Position numbers and translations under genes: made by a program. Positions 12,035-23,253 of a stretch of DNA of 33,604 nucleotides are shown here, in pieces. The DNA is from Jimgerdemannia flammicorona. Its lineage: Eukaryota. The notes under the pieces are model-generated. The model was not told the DNA's origin. It saw nothing but the letters and a program-made list of their open reading frames with translations, and did no database searches. Position 1 is the first letter of the stretch, and each line of letters starts with the position of its first letter. The DNA is taken from assembly GCA_003990765.1 (NCBI GenBank), contig RBNJ01000305.1:1-33604 (forward strand), given 5' to 3'.

Positions 12035-13206
12035 GGTACTTCTTGAGTCAGTTTTGGTAGATGATAGTGAGGATAATTGTATCTGAGAGTTTTTGTAGCC
12101 AAATGGTGGTCTCTTTTATATCTTGCACAAGATAAGGTCCTTCCCACTTAGGCTCCAGTTTTCATGACTATGAAGCTTCTACCATATTCTGATATATCAG
12201 AACCTTGTCTCCTATCTTGATAATCTTCAGAGGCTTGTGAATCTTTTCTACATTATTTCACTATAGTGCCTGCATCTTGGTTATGTAATCCTTGGCCTTC
12301 TTCCTGATTTGGTATAGTCTCTATATTTCTCCATCCACATATTTCCATACAATATCTCTATTAGATAATGGAGTTTTTTGAGAATCTTCTTCTCTGAAGA
12401 GTATTTTCCAAAGGGTAAAATGGATGCTTTGTGATCAAATATCCTGAAGAGCAGATAATGTTATTGACAGATAGTGATCCTAGTTTTCATAGTTATCACA
12501 GATCTTAGTGATAACATACTTGAGGGTCTTGTTGGTCCTTTCTGCCTATCCATTTCCTTGAGAATGGTATGCTATGGTCCAAATGTACTGGATCTTATAC
12601 TTCTTATAGAGAACCTCAAAGAACTGGTTTGTGAATTCTGTTCCTCTATCTGTGGTTACTTATATTGGGGTCTTGAACTGGCAGATGATTTCTTTGTAAA
12701 GGAAATCAGTAATTGACTATATATTGACTTCCTTGAGGGGTTCTGCCTCTATCTATTTTATAAAAAGATTTACAATGATGATGATGTATCAGTTACCAGT
12801 CAAAGTCAAGGGTAGGGGGCCAATTACATTTATTACCATATGGATGAATAGTACTAGTTTTATGTATACTGATCCTGAAGCTTAATTTCATTGATCTTAT
12901 TTCTATTTCTGGTATTTGTCACAGGTCTTAACAAATTATCTGATATCTTCCTCCATTTATTGTTCTTCTTGCTTTATCATATATGTTTGTTTCTCTTAGA
13001 TGACCAAGTTTATATACTGATTTCATTGCTTACTCCTTCTTATATTCTAGTATAACTAGTAGCTTTCCTTTCTTCAATATTTCTCCATCAGTTTCAAATT
13101 GTTTCCATGTTCTGTTGATAATCATTTGTATCCATTCTTCCAGATATTGGGGTATCTTTCACTGTCCCAGGTAGGTGATGATTCCATAGTAGAGCTTCTT
13201 ATTCAT
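12024..13206 (-). pseudogene. Gypsy integrase remnant
   Basis: Begins MNKKLYYGIITYLG; colinear with 28471-29668. Confidence 0.88.
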
Positions 13207-16200
13207 GATTAATTTGCTGGTTGGGGGTTCTTTAGAGTATCTGTAAGAGGATATCTGCATTAGTATTGGTTTTTCCTGAGTAGTGCATGATAGTTATGTT
13301 ATATACTTGCAACTTTATGATCCATCTGACATAGATTCCTTTATATTACCCTATAGTCAGTAGCTAAGTAAGGGCTGAGTGGTCTGTCTGAATGGTAAAG
13401 TATCTTTTAGCAAGATAGTAGTAGAACTTTTCTACAGCCCAGATGACTGCAAGATATTTCAACTTATAGGATTCATATTCTTTTTTAGCTCCTCAGGTTC
13501 CTCAGCTTAGGTATGTAATAACATACTCTACTTTATCTTTCTTTTGAGCTAGGACCACTCCTAGTCCTTGGGCACTTGCATCTGTCTGCAGGATGAATTC
13601 TTGAGTCTAATTAGGTCTTCTGAGGATAGGTGCCTGGGTCAATCTGACCTTAAGCTCATCAAATGCTTTTTGTTGCCTGCCAGTCCATTGGAACTTAGTA
13701 TTCTTCTCATTGAGTTTGTAGATTGGGTCTGCAATATTGGAGAATCCTCTGATAAATCAGTGGTAGTATGAGGTAAGTCCCATGAAGACTTGGGCTTTGG
13801 TAACTATAGTGGGCCTTGGGTATGCTGCTACTGCTTGAATCTTGAGAGAGTATGTATGTGTTCTGTCTCAATTAATGATATGGCCAAGATAGATGATCTT
13901 GATTTCTGTAAACTTGCACTTCTAGGACTTGATATAAAGACCATGCTGTCTCAGCTTCTTTATTATCTACTGGATATACTGCAGATGTTCCTCAGCTGTC
14001 TTGCTGTAGATGATAATATCATCTATATAAATCATCATCCATCTTTCCATATTATAGCAGAAGATTTTATTCATTATTCATTGAAAGCTTGCAGGGGCAT
14101 TATATATTCTAAATGATATTCACAGATAGATGTAGGTTCTGTCTAGGGTGATGAAGGCTGATTTCTCACTTGCTGTTTCTGTGAGTCCAATTTGGTGGAA
14201 TCCTGAGTATAGATCCAAGGTGCTGTAGTACTGTACTTCATCTCCCAGAGTTATAAGGATGTCATTGATGAGGGGCAGTAATTGGCAATCCTTCTTGGTG
14301 ACTATGTTGAGCTTTCTGTAATCAATGCAGAGTCTTGGGATGAATTCTCCAGACTTGTTTCTTTTCTTTAGGACTAGTATAACTGGTGAAGACCAGGGGC
14401 TGCTGGTCTCCTTGATGATACTAGCTTCTTTCATTTGCTTGATTTCTTCTCTGAGTCACTCTCAGTAGACTGGTGGGACAGGTCTTACCTTCTGGTAAAT
14501 TGGTTCAGTATCTCCAGTATCTATATTATGATAGTAGTGTGGAGTCTTTTCTTTGATATTCTTGAAGTCTGTAGCGAGAACATCTTTAAATTTGTGCAGT
14601 ATTTTCTTGAGCTCTATCTTAAGTGGGAATTCATTTCCAATAGTATAGCTATACCTATTCATAGTTTCCTCCTTTTTGTACTGCAGCTCAGTGATTTTGG
14701 TATTAGCAAATACTCCTCTTCCTATAGATCAGAATCCTTTTCTTTCTCTTTCTGATTTCTTCAACTTCTTGACTTCTAAAATTCTTGGCTGAAGAATTGG
14801 GAAGATCAACATCTGTGCCAGTTAGTCCTTCTTCTTGATTGGGAATGAGATCATAGGTTCCTAGCAATAAGTAGTATTTCTCCAATATAATTTGAATCAA
14901 TGACTTCTTCTTCAATTGTGATTTCACTCCTAGCTAGGCTGCTTCTTGTCTTGAGGATCCCAACATGGTTCTTTGGAATAGTCATCTCCAGATCAGTTGC
15001 AAGTAGGGTGGTTGTCTGAGGTTTGAGTATAGTTTTCTCTACTATGGCAATATCTATTCTGGCTGCATTTTCTGACTTATATTCTGGTAAGACTGTATCA
15101 GGATGAATTTTCTGAATCTTGATCTTAATTTTCTCTTCATCATCACTATCTTCAAAGAGTGCTAGTGGTTTGTCATCCTCTTCTTCTTTCATTTTCTTTT
15201 CTTCTCTTATCTGTTTCTCAAGGGCCTTCTCTCTTCTTTGATGGTAGATCTCCTTGATTTTGCTGGTACACTGATAATACTCATTGATATGCTCTGTATA
15301 GTACATTTAGATCCCTTGGGGGCAGACTCCTTATAGTGCATATCCTCCTATAATCTTCTTGCACCAGTCTTCTTCACTCATCCATCTGATTTTCTTCTTC
15401 TTTTTCTGAGTTGTCACCATGTAGGCTTCTTCTTGTTCACTCTTTTCTTTCTTCATCTTGGGTAGGACTCCTTTGTTGATATTGATAGAAATTCACATCT
15501 TCTGTCTATAATATATGATCTGCATCTTCTGAGCATTCAGATCAATTACTGCCTTGGCTTTGTGAAGTCATTGATTGCCAATGAGGATGTCATAGTTGAT
15601 TGCATTGGTCACAATTACATCTACTGAGATAGTTGCTTCTCCAAACTTAATGGGAATATCTTGGATCTTTCCCAGAGGTGTGGCTCTTATACCATCTGCT
15701 GTAATGAACACCAATTTGGTTACTTCTTCAACTTTCCAACCTAGGTGGTCTACTGCTTTCTTGCTGAGGAGGCATCTTCCTACTCCTGTATCAATAATAG
15801 TCTCAAAGACTCTATCCTTGATTTGACAGGTTACATAGGCAGAGATCTTACAGTTATCTTTGCTTTCTTATCCTGAGTCCTCTTGAACATTATTGGCCTC
15901 AGTTATCTTCCATCCTTACTATTTGGTTGTTTCAGTAAGTCCAAACCTTATTTGCTATCTGAATGTAGGTATTTCTGCTAGCTGGCCAAAGATTGTATTG
16001 ACCTTTTGTTGACTGAGATTCTTGAAGATATCATACTTGAAGGTCTTGGTTTTGCAAAGCTTTTTCTCCTTTTCTCCTTCACTGACTATAGCGGTTCCTT
16101 AGATGATATCTTGAATAACCTATTCTAGCTCCATATCTTGATCTGTTTCTTCACCTTGACTTTCTGTAGTAGTCTCCATCTGCTTCTTCACTGGGTTCTT

Positions 16201-16279
16201 CTTGGGTCTTTCTGGTGGTCTCTTGTAGAGTTTTTTGTAGATATTCTTCTTAGTGGTCTATGCAGGATAGGTCTCTCAC
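13199..16279 (-). pseudogene. gag C-terminus-protease-dUTPase-RT-RNase H remnant
   Basis: SSPWSSPVILV...RLCIDYRKLN, LDLYSGFHQI (14120-14434); ILKTRSSLA...VIDSNYIGEI (14851-15306). Confidence 0.9.
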
Positions 16280-16626
16280 TACTTCCAAATAAATTGAATC
16301 AATTTGAAATTAAATCAAATTGAGAGTTATTCAAATTGAATTAAATTGAGAATTTTTCAATTTAAATCAAGTTTGAATCAAATCGAATTTGAATCAAATT
16401 GAGGATCTGATTCAAATACTATTTTCAAAATATAATAACTTGATGAAAATATGTCTAAATTTAATAGTTTTTAGCTTATTAAATTCCTCTTATATAGAGG
16501 AATCTTATAAGCTAAAGATTATTAAATTTGGATATATTTTTATTGAGTTATTATATTTCAAAAAATAGAGTTTGAATCAAATCTCAAATTAAATTAGACC
16601 TTTAATTTGATTCATTGGGAGTACTA
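16280..16626. mobile_element. Foldback MITE, hAT-like (copy 2), left terminus clipped
   Basis: Right end ...gggagtacta; long inverted arms centred near 16490 (ttagcttat...attcctct / agaggaat...ataagctaa); homologous to 94-401. Confidence 0.8.
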
Positions 16627-16639
16627 TAGTAGATAATCT

Positions 16640-17541
16640 TTATATAGTACAAATGGGGTTTTTATATGATTTCTGTATAACAATCTCTATATAGTATAAG
16701 TAAATTTCTTATGTAATTTCTATATAACAATCTTATTTCTAAAAGTATATAATTTCTATATAATAATCTTATTCATAATATAAGTAATTGATGGTATTCC
16801 TTAATAAGCAGTTTTTGATAGATAATTTGGATAACTCAGATGGTACAGATTCTTCCTTAATCAGTAGACTTTTCTGATTGACAAAGTTGTATTAAAAACT
16901 ACTTCATTTATATGAGATTATATTGAGAGACTAGCTTTACTATAAAGGTACATCTTATTTTAGACTGACCTTATAAGGCAGACTTCTTGGGTAAAGTTAT
17001 ATCAAAGACTGACTTCATCTATATAAATATGAGTTTACTATAAAGTTATATCAAATAGACTAACTTTGTAGCAAGATGGCAGATGGGTTCTTAATGATAG
17101 CTTTTCCTTAAGTAGTATATTACTCAAATAATAGTAAAGTTTTTCACTTGAACTTTTGGTAAATTTCTCAGACTTTATATTAGAAAGTAAACTAGAGTGA
17201 AAAATAGCTCACAACTTCTTAGTAATAGCTTATTGGTAGGTTTCTCCTTCTAAGTATATTAGATAATTAGCTTTCGCTTTTGATTTTTGAACTGAGGTTT
17301 ATTCACTCTTATCTCTGAAATATTTTATATAAATTGGTTGCTATGTATATAGTTACTATCTGGCTAAGTATAGATATTACAGATATTTACTATTCAGTAG
17401 ATATTAACTATCTAGTAGACATCTACTGTCTGGCAGACATTCACTGTCTGTTTTTCTTTTTATACTATCTAGTTATTTATACAATTTGGTAACTGTGATA
17501 TTTATATTATCTGATTATACTATACTATTTCACATATTATA
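16640..17541 (-). repeat. LTR-like fragment (family C) plus degenerate tandem repeats
   Basis: Minus strand starts TATAAT at 17541; TATA followed by gaataaacctcag (~17285-17332) resembles family A R region; imperfect repeats (tttctatataacaatct x3; taaagttatatcaaa..gact) in 16660-17070. Confidence 0.5.
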
Positions 17542-17544
17542 CTA

Positions 17545-20500
17545 TATTCTACTATTTGGATAAATAGTAGTTCTTGGAATTCTTGAAGGATATCTTCATA
17601 GTCTTTGAGTAGTTTCTGGTGGCTTTCTTCTTTATTATCTTCATCCTTCAATAGTTTGAAAAGGTCATCTTCGTAATTATTATCTACTAATAGCTCCTTG
17701 ATAGTATATATATAGATGTACTGCTCTAATTTCTAAATTAGCTTCTTTATTTGGATGGTAGAGACGATATTATAATTATATTTTGCTTTTTTCTTAGTCT
17801 GTACTAGCTGTAGCTTGATATATCCTAGGGAGATTATATTGGTTTACCAGTTAATATATATATTTTTTTGATTTTTCAAGATGAGATTATATTCTGAAAG
17901 ATATATAATATGAAAGATCTGCTTTGAAGTATAGTCTATTAGTTATAAGAGTATATTTTTGCAGATTTTAAAGAGTTTCTAAGTTGTTTTATTTCCAAAT
18001 ATAGCAATGTTTTCTTCTGAATTTCTCTGCATCTTGAGTTTAAACTTATTAGTAGTCTCTTTATCAAGAAAGTATACTTGCTTGCTCTACTATTGGTGAG
18101 GACTTTAACAGAGTTTTCTTTAATTTTCCCTTGCAAGTAGATGCATTCAGAGTTGTCTTCTTATCAGACTGTGATTGTTTCTAGAGAGACTTCTTCCCAA
18201 TCTTGTATATCTATATCTTTATCATTGATATTCTTGATTTCCTCATCTCATCATTCTGGAATAGTTGGCTTATATTTCTTGAATTCAAGAATACATATGT
18301 ATAATATATTCTACTATATATTTAAAATAGTATATCTTGATTCTATAAGAACATTATCCTATAGAGATATATATCTATTAATAATATACTAGTATTATTT
18401 TTTATCTCAGTCTTGAGATTTTTCAATATAAATAATCTTCTATATCTTAGTCTTCTCTTTTCTATTGGAAGGTAATAGTTTATTTATTTCTTTAACTTCA
18501 AGATTATTACATATTACCTCAATGATGGCTTGAGCAATTTATTTTCCAAATATGATTTCAACTATTTTCTATATAGTATATATAGCAAGTCCTTAATTTT
18601 ATCTTTGAATCCTTAGTCTATAACTCCTTCAGCTATATGGAGTCTCTCTTCCTTGGCAGACTACTCCTTTCTATAAGATAGATATAGATTTCTTTAGAGA
18701 TATCTATTCTAACACCTGTGCTAATGATTACTTACTTATATGATTTGATAGTTACTTCTATACTAGAGTAGAAATTATAGCTAGTACATATCAGATTTAT
18801 ATACTTTGTCTGAGATTTTTACAGTAATGTAGAATCTCTTGATCTTGATTTTCTCAGAGATTTCAATAGAATTATCTCCTATCATAGTGATAGTATGTAA
18901 GAAGAATGGTTCTTTGTTCATATTGGTCTTCTTGTCAGGGTATTTTCAAGACATATGTCCCCTCTTTTTATAGTAGAAAAATACTTCTTTCTTCATGAGT
19001 TCTTCTATTTCCTTATCAGATAATTTCTTAAATTCTTCTTATAATTTCAGAGAGTTATTCTGAGATTCATATTTTTTTTTTCAAATTGATGTCAATTGTC
19101 TTCTTTATTATTGTTTCTATTGTTCTTTAGTCTTTGAACTACTAAGATAGTATGTACTCTAGTAATAACTTATCCTAAACATCATTATTTATATAGGCAA
19201 TTATAGAGTCATCCTTGCTCTCAGATCTTTTCTGATAACTATCTAGAGATAGTATCAAAGAAATATACTGCTCTGGTTCTATTCATAGTTTTTTCTTATC
19301 AGCTATATTCTACTACTATAGTATTTAGAAGAGGTTCAATTTTATTGTAAAATGCTTTTAAGTCTTTTCTATCATTGTAGAATCAGATATTCTTGAGCTT
19401 GGTTCTGACTTCAGCAATATGGACAGAGCTGTAGAACTGTTGGATAATCAGCCCATGGTGGCTGGATAGGCTTTATAGTCAGGGTGATTATTATCTTCTT
19501 TACTTGCATCAATTTCAGTATGAGTTTTTCAGATGAGAGGATATATAGAAGGTTGTACCACTACTGAGCAGCTATATCTGTAAAATGGGTGGCAACTTTC
19601 TCTACTTATGAGTCTACAGTTGTATAGAGATCTTCAATCTTGTAGTGTTCATTATTGTTGAGAGTACTGTCTGAGTTCTAATTATTATTTCATTCATTAG
19701 TATAATAATCAGTATCAATTTGTCCTATAAATATTATTACTTAGTCTGCTTTATCTTTAAATGATATGAGCCAGAGGACTTTTGTGAATTTATTTATTTC
19801 AATACTAAGATAGAGAGCTTGAGTAAGTATGGCCACTTGGTCAGTCAGGACTGCTATCTTTTTATTTGCTAATATCATTCTATTACTTATATAATAAGAT
19901 AGTAGTAGTCTTTCTTCAGATATTGTTACCTCAGAAGTAGTATAATATACTATTATTTCTTCTATAATATCACTAAGGTAAGTAAACTTGGTAACTAGTC
20001 TATAGATTGGTAATTTTGATAGAATTATTGCTAGGTCTTCTATAGTGATTTTTGGTAGACTTGATATTCTTAGTGATGGGTCTATAGTAGTACTAGGACT
20101 ACTGATATTAGGTTTGAGTGTTTTTTCAACTATTTATCTGAGTTGAGATGATGTGATAGAGACTTTACTGAGTCTAGCAGTTTGTAATTCTTGCTGTTGA
20201 ATTATCTTTACTTATATATAGAGAACTCAGTAGTAGAGGTGGAATTTTCTTTAGTTGGTATAATATCTTTTATTGTTTAAAAAAGTCTTAGCTTTGTAGT
20301 AGTAATTATTGGGAAGAAGATTTAGAAAATATTTACTTATAGCTTTAATGAATTCTCTTATACATTTTTTATAAAAGTGACTGTGAATTAATCTTTCAAA
20401 TTTCTGTCTAATTTTTTGAGTATGGGTGATATTTTTATTAAGTATGATAAATATGTTAAATACTTCTTAGATGGTTTCATTATTGAGTCTGTTGAATTCC

Positions 20501-20600
20501 TCTTAGCTGATATATATCTCAGTCTACTTAGTAATGATTATATAGCTTCTTCAGCTTAGTTCTAGAGAGTAACTAGAGTGAAGATATTCTTTGATTATTA
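17545..20600 (-). pseudogene. Element B gag-protease remnant up to the RT start (boundaries approximate)
   Basis: Decayed CCHC knuckle xFY(C)KKRGHMS(R)K(C)PDKK at ~18930-18985; protease IYLQGKIKENSVKVLT(D)S(G)AS at ~18075-18145; LLKDYEDIL at ~17590. Confidence 0.7.
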
Positions 20601-20700
20601 CTGATAATATTGATAATATTAACTAAGTTGTCTATATTTATAGTAGACTTCTTAAAGAAAGCTTGCTTATGAGTGAGAGTAACTTCTACTATTACTAAAT

Positions 20701-21150
20701 TATAAGAAAACTATATACTGATAGAATTAATATATTACAGATAATTAAGATAACTATCAGCTTTAAGTTCTGAGTTCTTATGAGGAAGTACTGAGTTCCA
20801 ATTGTCTGTTATAGTAGTATAGTCTAAGTATCACTTTTGGATTGTTGTATTGATAAAAGTACTATACTTATATTCCAAGTTAATCGGGCTTAGAATTATT
20901 AACAAGTTAGATTTGAGAGTTCTATAATAAGAATATTACTTTATTCTTATATTTCAAGAAAGAGAAGCTGATATAAGTTTAGAGCTATAGCTAAATATAT
21001 TATACTAGATATGTCTATATATAGTTATATATACTATATTCAGTATCTATAACTATTAGTTGAAAATTCTATAGAAATTTTTATTAGAATTTTCATCAGA
21101 ATTTCTATTAGAAATTTTAGTAGCTTATAGATATATAATAATTTATTACA
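20701..21150 (-). repeat. 5' LTR of element B
   Basis: Minus strand starts TGTAATAAAT; repeat of 4645-5130 with a ~30-bp deletion. Confidence 0.9.
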
Positions 21151-21233
21151 GTTAATATTATAATGGTTAATTAAATTAGGGACTATAATTAAAAGATAGA
21201 TATTTGGTCATAGTACCTAAATTTGATTTCTAA

Positions 21234-21534
21234 TATAATATAGTATTATACTTAGCAGTTATATAATCTCACAGTTGGATAATTTATACAATTATACAAC
21301 TGTATGAAATTTACAATTATATGGATTGTACAGATATATAGATCTCACAACTATATAAAATAACTTACAGAAAAAGAAATCTTAACTTAGCTACTATATA
21401 GTAGTAAACTTATATATAATCTCTATATTTAGAGTAAATAAACCTCAGATCAAAATAGTTTAAAGCATGAGACAAGAACTAGTAAGCCTGTAGGTAGATA
21501 TACTTCAAACTTATCCACTCCTATATCTGAGTAT
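21234..21534 (+). repeat. Family A-related LTR fragment, interrupted
   Basis: 21400-21534 (aataaacctcagatcaaaatagtttaaagc...gatatacttcaaact) matches the reverse complement of family A LTRs; the upstream part does not. Confidence 0.75.
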
Positions 21535-21626
21535 TGTAGAATACTTGGGAAGAGTAGAGAGAAGAAAACAGTAATTATTTATTGATAGCTTATATACTTT
21601 TATATATATTGATGATATTTATATAA
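21535..21626 (-). repeat. Probable end fragment of another LTR
   Basis: Begins TGTAG exactly where the A-like LTR breaks; TATA-like and AATAAA on the minus strand. Confidence 0.35.
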
Positions 21627-21931
21627 TGTAATGGTGACCTCAGAATGATGACATCAGCACAGGAGACAGCCTTTCCTTGCAAGCCACCAGATCAAAGCAC
21701 AAGAAGATCATATGGCATACAAGATGAGCAATGATGACCAACTGTGAGTCATTGTGACCACAGCATAAGTATCCTAAAGAATATAAAAGAAGGATCAAGG
21801 AACTGCAGTAGCAGCAACCAACAAGAACCACCAATCCCAAAATAACTCAAAGACTTACCACAAATGAAATACCTGCTGCCCACCAAACCTCAAGATCAAG
21901 GAACCACCAAGGTATCTCAGTCGAGGAAAGG

Positions 21932-22723
21932 ATGTTCCAAGACATCAGAAGAGCCATGGGGACCCGCTCAAGAAGGACTCCTAGTGTCAACCTGGGTACT
22001 GCAGACCTCTATCACTTCATTCTCTACTGCCGCAAAATGGAAACAAGGATCACCATTGCCACTAAATGCCTCCAAATGTGGCAGGAATACGAAATAGGAA
22101 ACCTCCTCTACCAGGAGTTCCCACAGGCCAGCCCTCAAGAGCTACAAGATGCCACTCCCATGGACCTATGTAAGGTAAGAACAGCAAAGAAGATCTATCA
22201 GATCTTCAGGCATGCACCATGGTTGATCCCCAACTTGGAGTATGTTAGAGTCTCAGACTTCAGAGATCTGTCATCCCACCATATCAATGCACTAGAAGCC
22301 AGGGTAGCTGCAGAAACCCAGTCCACTATCACCCTCAATAGTGAAGAAGTAGAAGACTTCTGGCACCCTATCCTTCAGGACAACCCAGACCAATTCCTGC
22401 AAGGATTGATCTCAGTATTCCAAGGCCCAAGCATCCAGGTTAGATCCCCCCAAGACCCCACATTTGTCCCCTATTTTGTGGAAGAGAACCTCATAGACTG
22501 GAGAGCTCCAGATCTTATTCCCGATTTTCCCACCACTGACGAATATGATGACGTCATTGGCGATGACGTCATCCCATGCGACTTCAACATACGTGAGACG
22601 CACGACATACCCGAAGTACGCGAAACGCATGACCTACATGACAAATTCGCGGATCTCATCTCCTTCAGTGATGATGATGATAATGATGATGAAGCCCCCA
22701 TAATCCTGAACTTTCTGCTCTAA
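21932..22723 (+). CDS. 263-aa protein of unknown function inside the LTR; N-terminal half similar to family A ORF3, acidic C-terminal tail
   Basis: Uninterrupted ORF; by-eye match WQEYEIGNLL...TAKKIYQIF...L..V...F..L..HH vs WAEFQEYFKLGQVL...IAKRIHKLF...L..V...F..V..HH. Confidence 0.75.
   Translation: MFQDIRRAMGTRSRRTPSVNLGTADLYHFILYCRKMETRITIATKCLQMWQEYEIGNLLYQEFPQASPQELQDATPMDLCKVRTAKKIYQIFRHAPWLIPNLEYVRVSDFRDLSSHHINALEARVAAETQSTITLNSEEVEDFWHPILQDNPDQFLQGLISVFQGPSIQVRSPQDPTFVPYFVEENLIDWRAPDLIPDFPTTDEYDDVIGDDVIPCDFNIRETHDIPEVRETHDLHDKFADLISFSDDDDNDDEAPIILNFLL
22548..22573. promoter_or_regulatory. Two CRE/ATF-type palindromes (ATGACGTCAT, GATGACGTCATC)
   Basis: Exact TGACGTCA twice, 15 bp apart, ~330 bp upstream of the TATA box. 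Confidence 0.55.
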
Positions 22724-22894
22724 GTTCTTTGTTACACCAGATAATGCCAGCACCGGTATTCTGAGGTGACATGAAATTGTTCCAGCACAGATATTTTGAT
22801 GTGATACTAAATAATGCCAGCCCTGGAACTTAGTAGTTTTAGTTATTGGAATTTATATTTAGCTTTATATCTTAGCAACCATTGAATTATATTT

Positions 22895-22930
22895 TATATA
22901 AATACCCCTCTTATTTCCTCTGAAATAAAG
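22895..22930 (+). promoter_or_regulatory. LTR TATA box and polyadenylation signal
   Basis: tataaata...aataaa, the same arrangement as in family A LTRs. Confidence 0.6.
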
Positions 22931-23136
22931 TCAGTTTCTCTCAGTGCAATACACAATCTCTTGCAAACAATCTAAGAGATAACAAGATAGTTAAAGATAA
23001 GAAGTTTGAGGACTATAAGACCTTGGAAAGGCACTCCAATAAGAACTTGCTTATAACAACTTGAGTTAGTCTAAGAGATATACCTTGAAGAGAATCTGGC
23101 ATATTTGAAGGACTCAGCGACTACTACATGACAACT

Positions 23137-23153
23137 TGGTGCCCATTGGCTGG
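23137..23153 (+). other. Primer-binding site TGGTGCCCATTGGCTGG (tRNA not identified)
   Basis: TGG 3 nt after the LTR CA end; decayed equivalent at 3469-3485 in A copy 1. Confidence 0.75.
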
Positions 23154-23253
23154 TGATTCAAGACAAATCCCTCACTTTCAAGCTGAAAAATGAACAACCC
23201 CCACAACAACTACCCTGACTACAAGAGTCACCCCTGCAAGAATTCAAGACAAG

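Larger units (their letters stand above)
11078..16279 (-). mobile_element. Ty3/Gypsy family A copy 2, 5'-truncated
   Basis: LTR 11078-11535, PPT, ORF3, IN, RH, RT, dUTPase, protease; colinear with 27509-32735. Confidence 0.93.
4645..21150 (-). mobile_element. Ty3/Gypsy-like element B, outer host of the nest
   Basis: LTRs 4645-5130 and 20701-21150; GTTAA TSD at 4640-4644 and 21151-21155; PPT-like tract at 5131-5145; PBS-like atttagt(=tggt) left of 20701. Confidence 0.8.
21627..23133 (+). repeat. Inferred 1507-bp 5' LTR of element D
   Basis: TGTAATG...CATGACA inverted termini (6/7 match); TATAAATA ~22897 and AATAAA ~22924; PBS starts at 23137. The partner LTR is not in the window. Confidence 0.7.

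Noticed and set aside
21864..22097. 77-aa ORF, and minus-strand ORFs at 22412 and 22471, as separate genes
   Set aside because: They overlap the 263-aa ORF in other frames and show no motif or homologue in the window
23137..23153. Assigning a specific primer tRNA
   Set aside because: Transitions may have altered the site and the host tRNA set is unavailable
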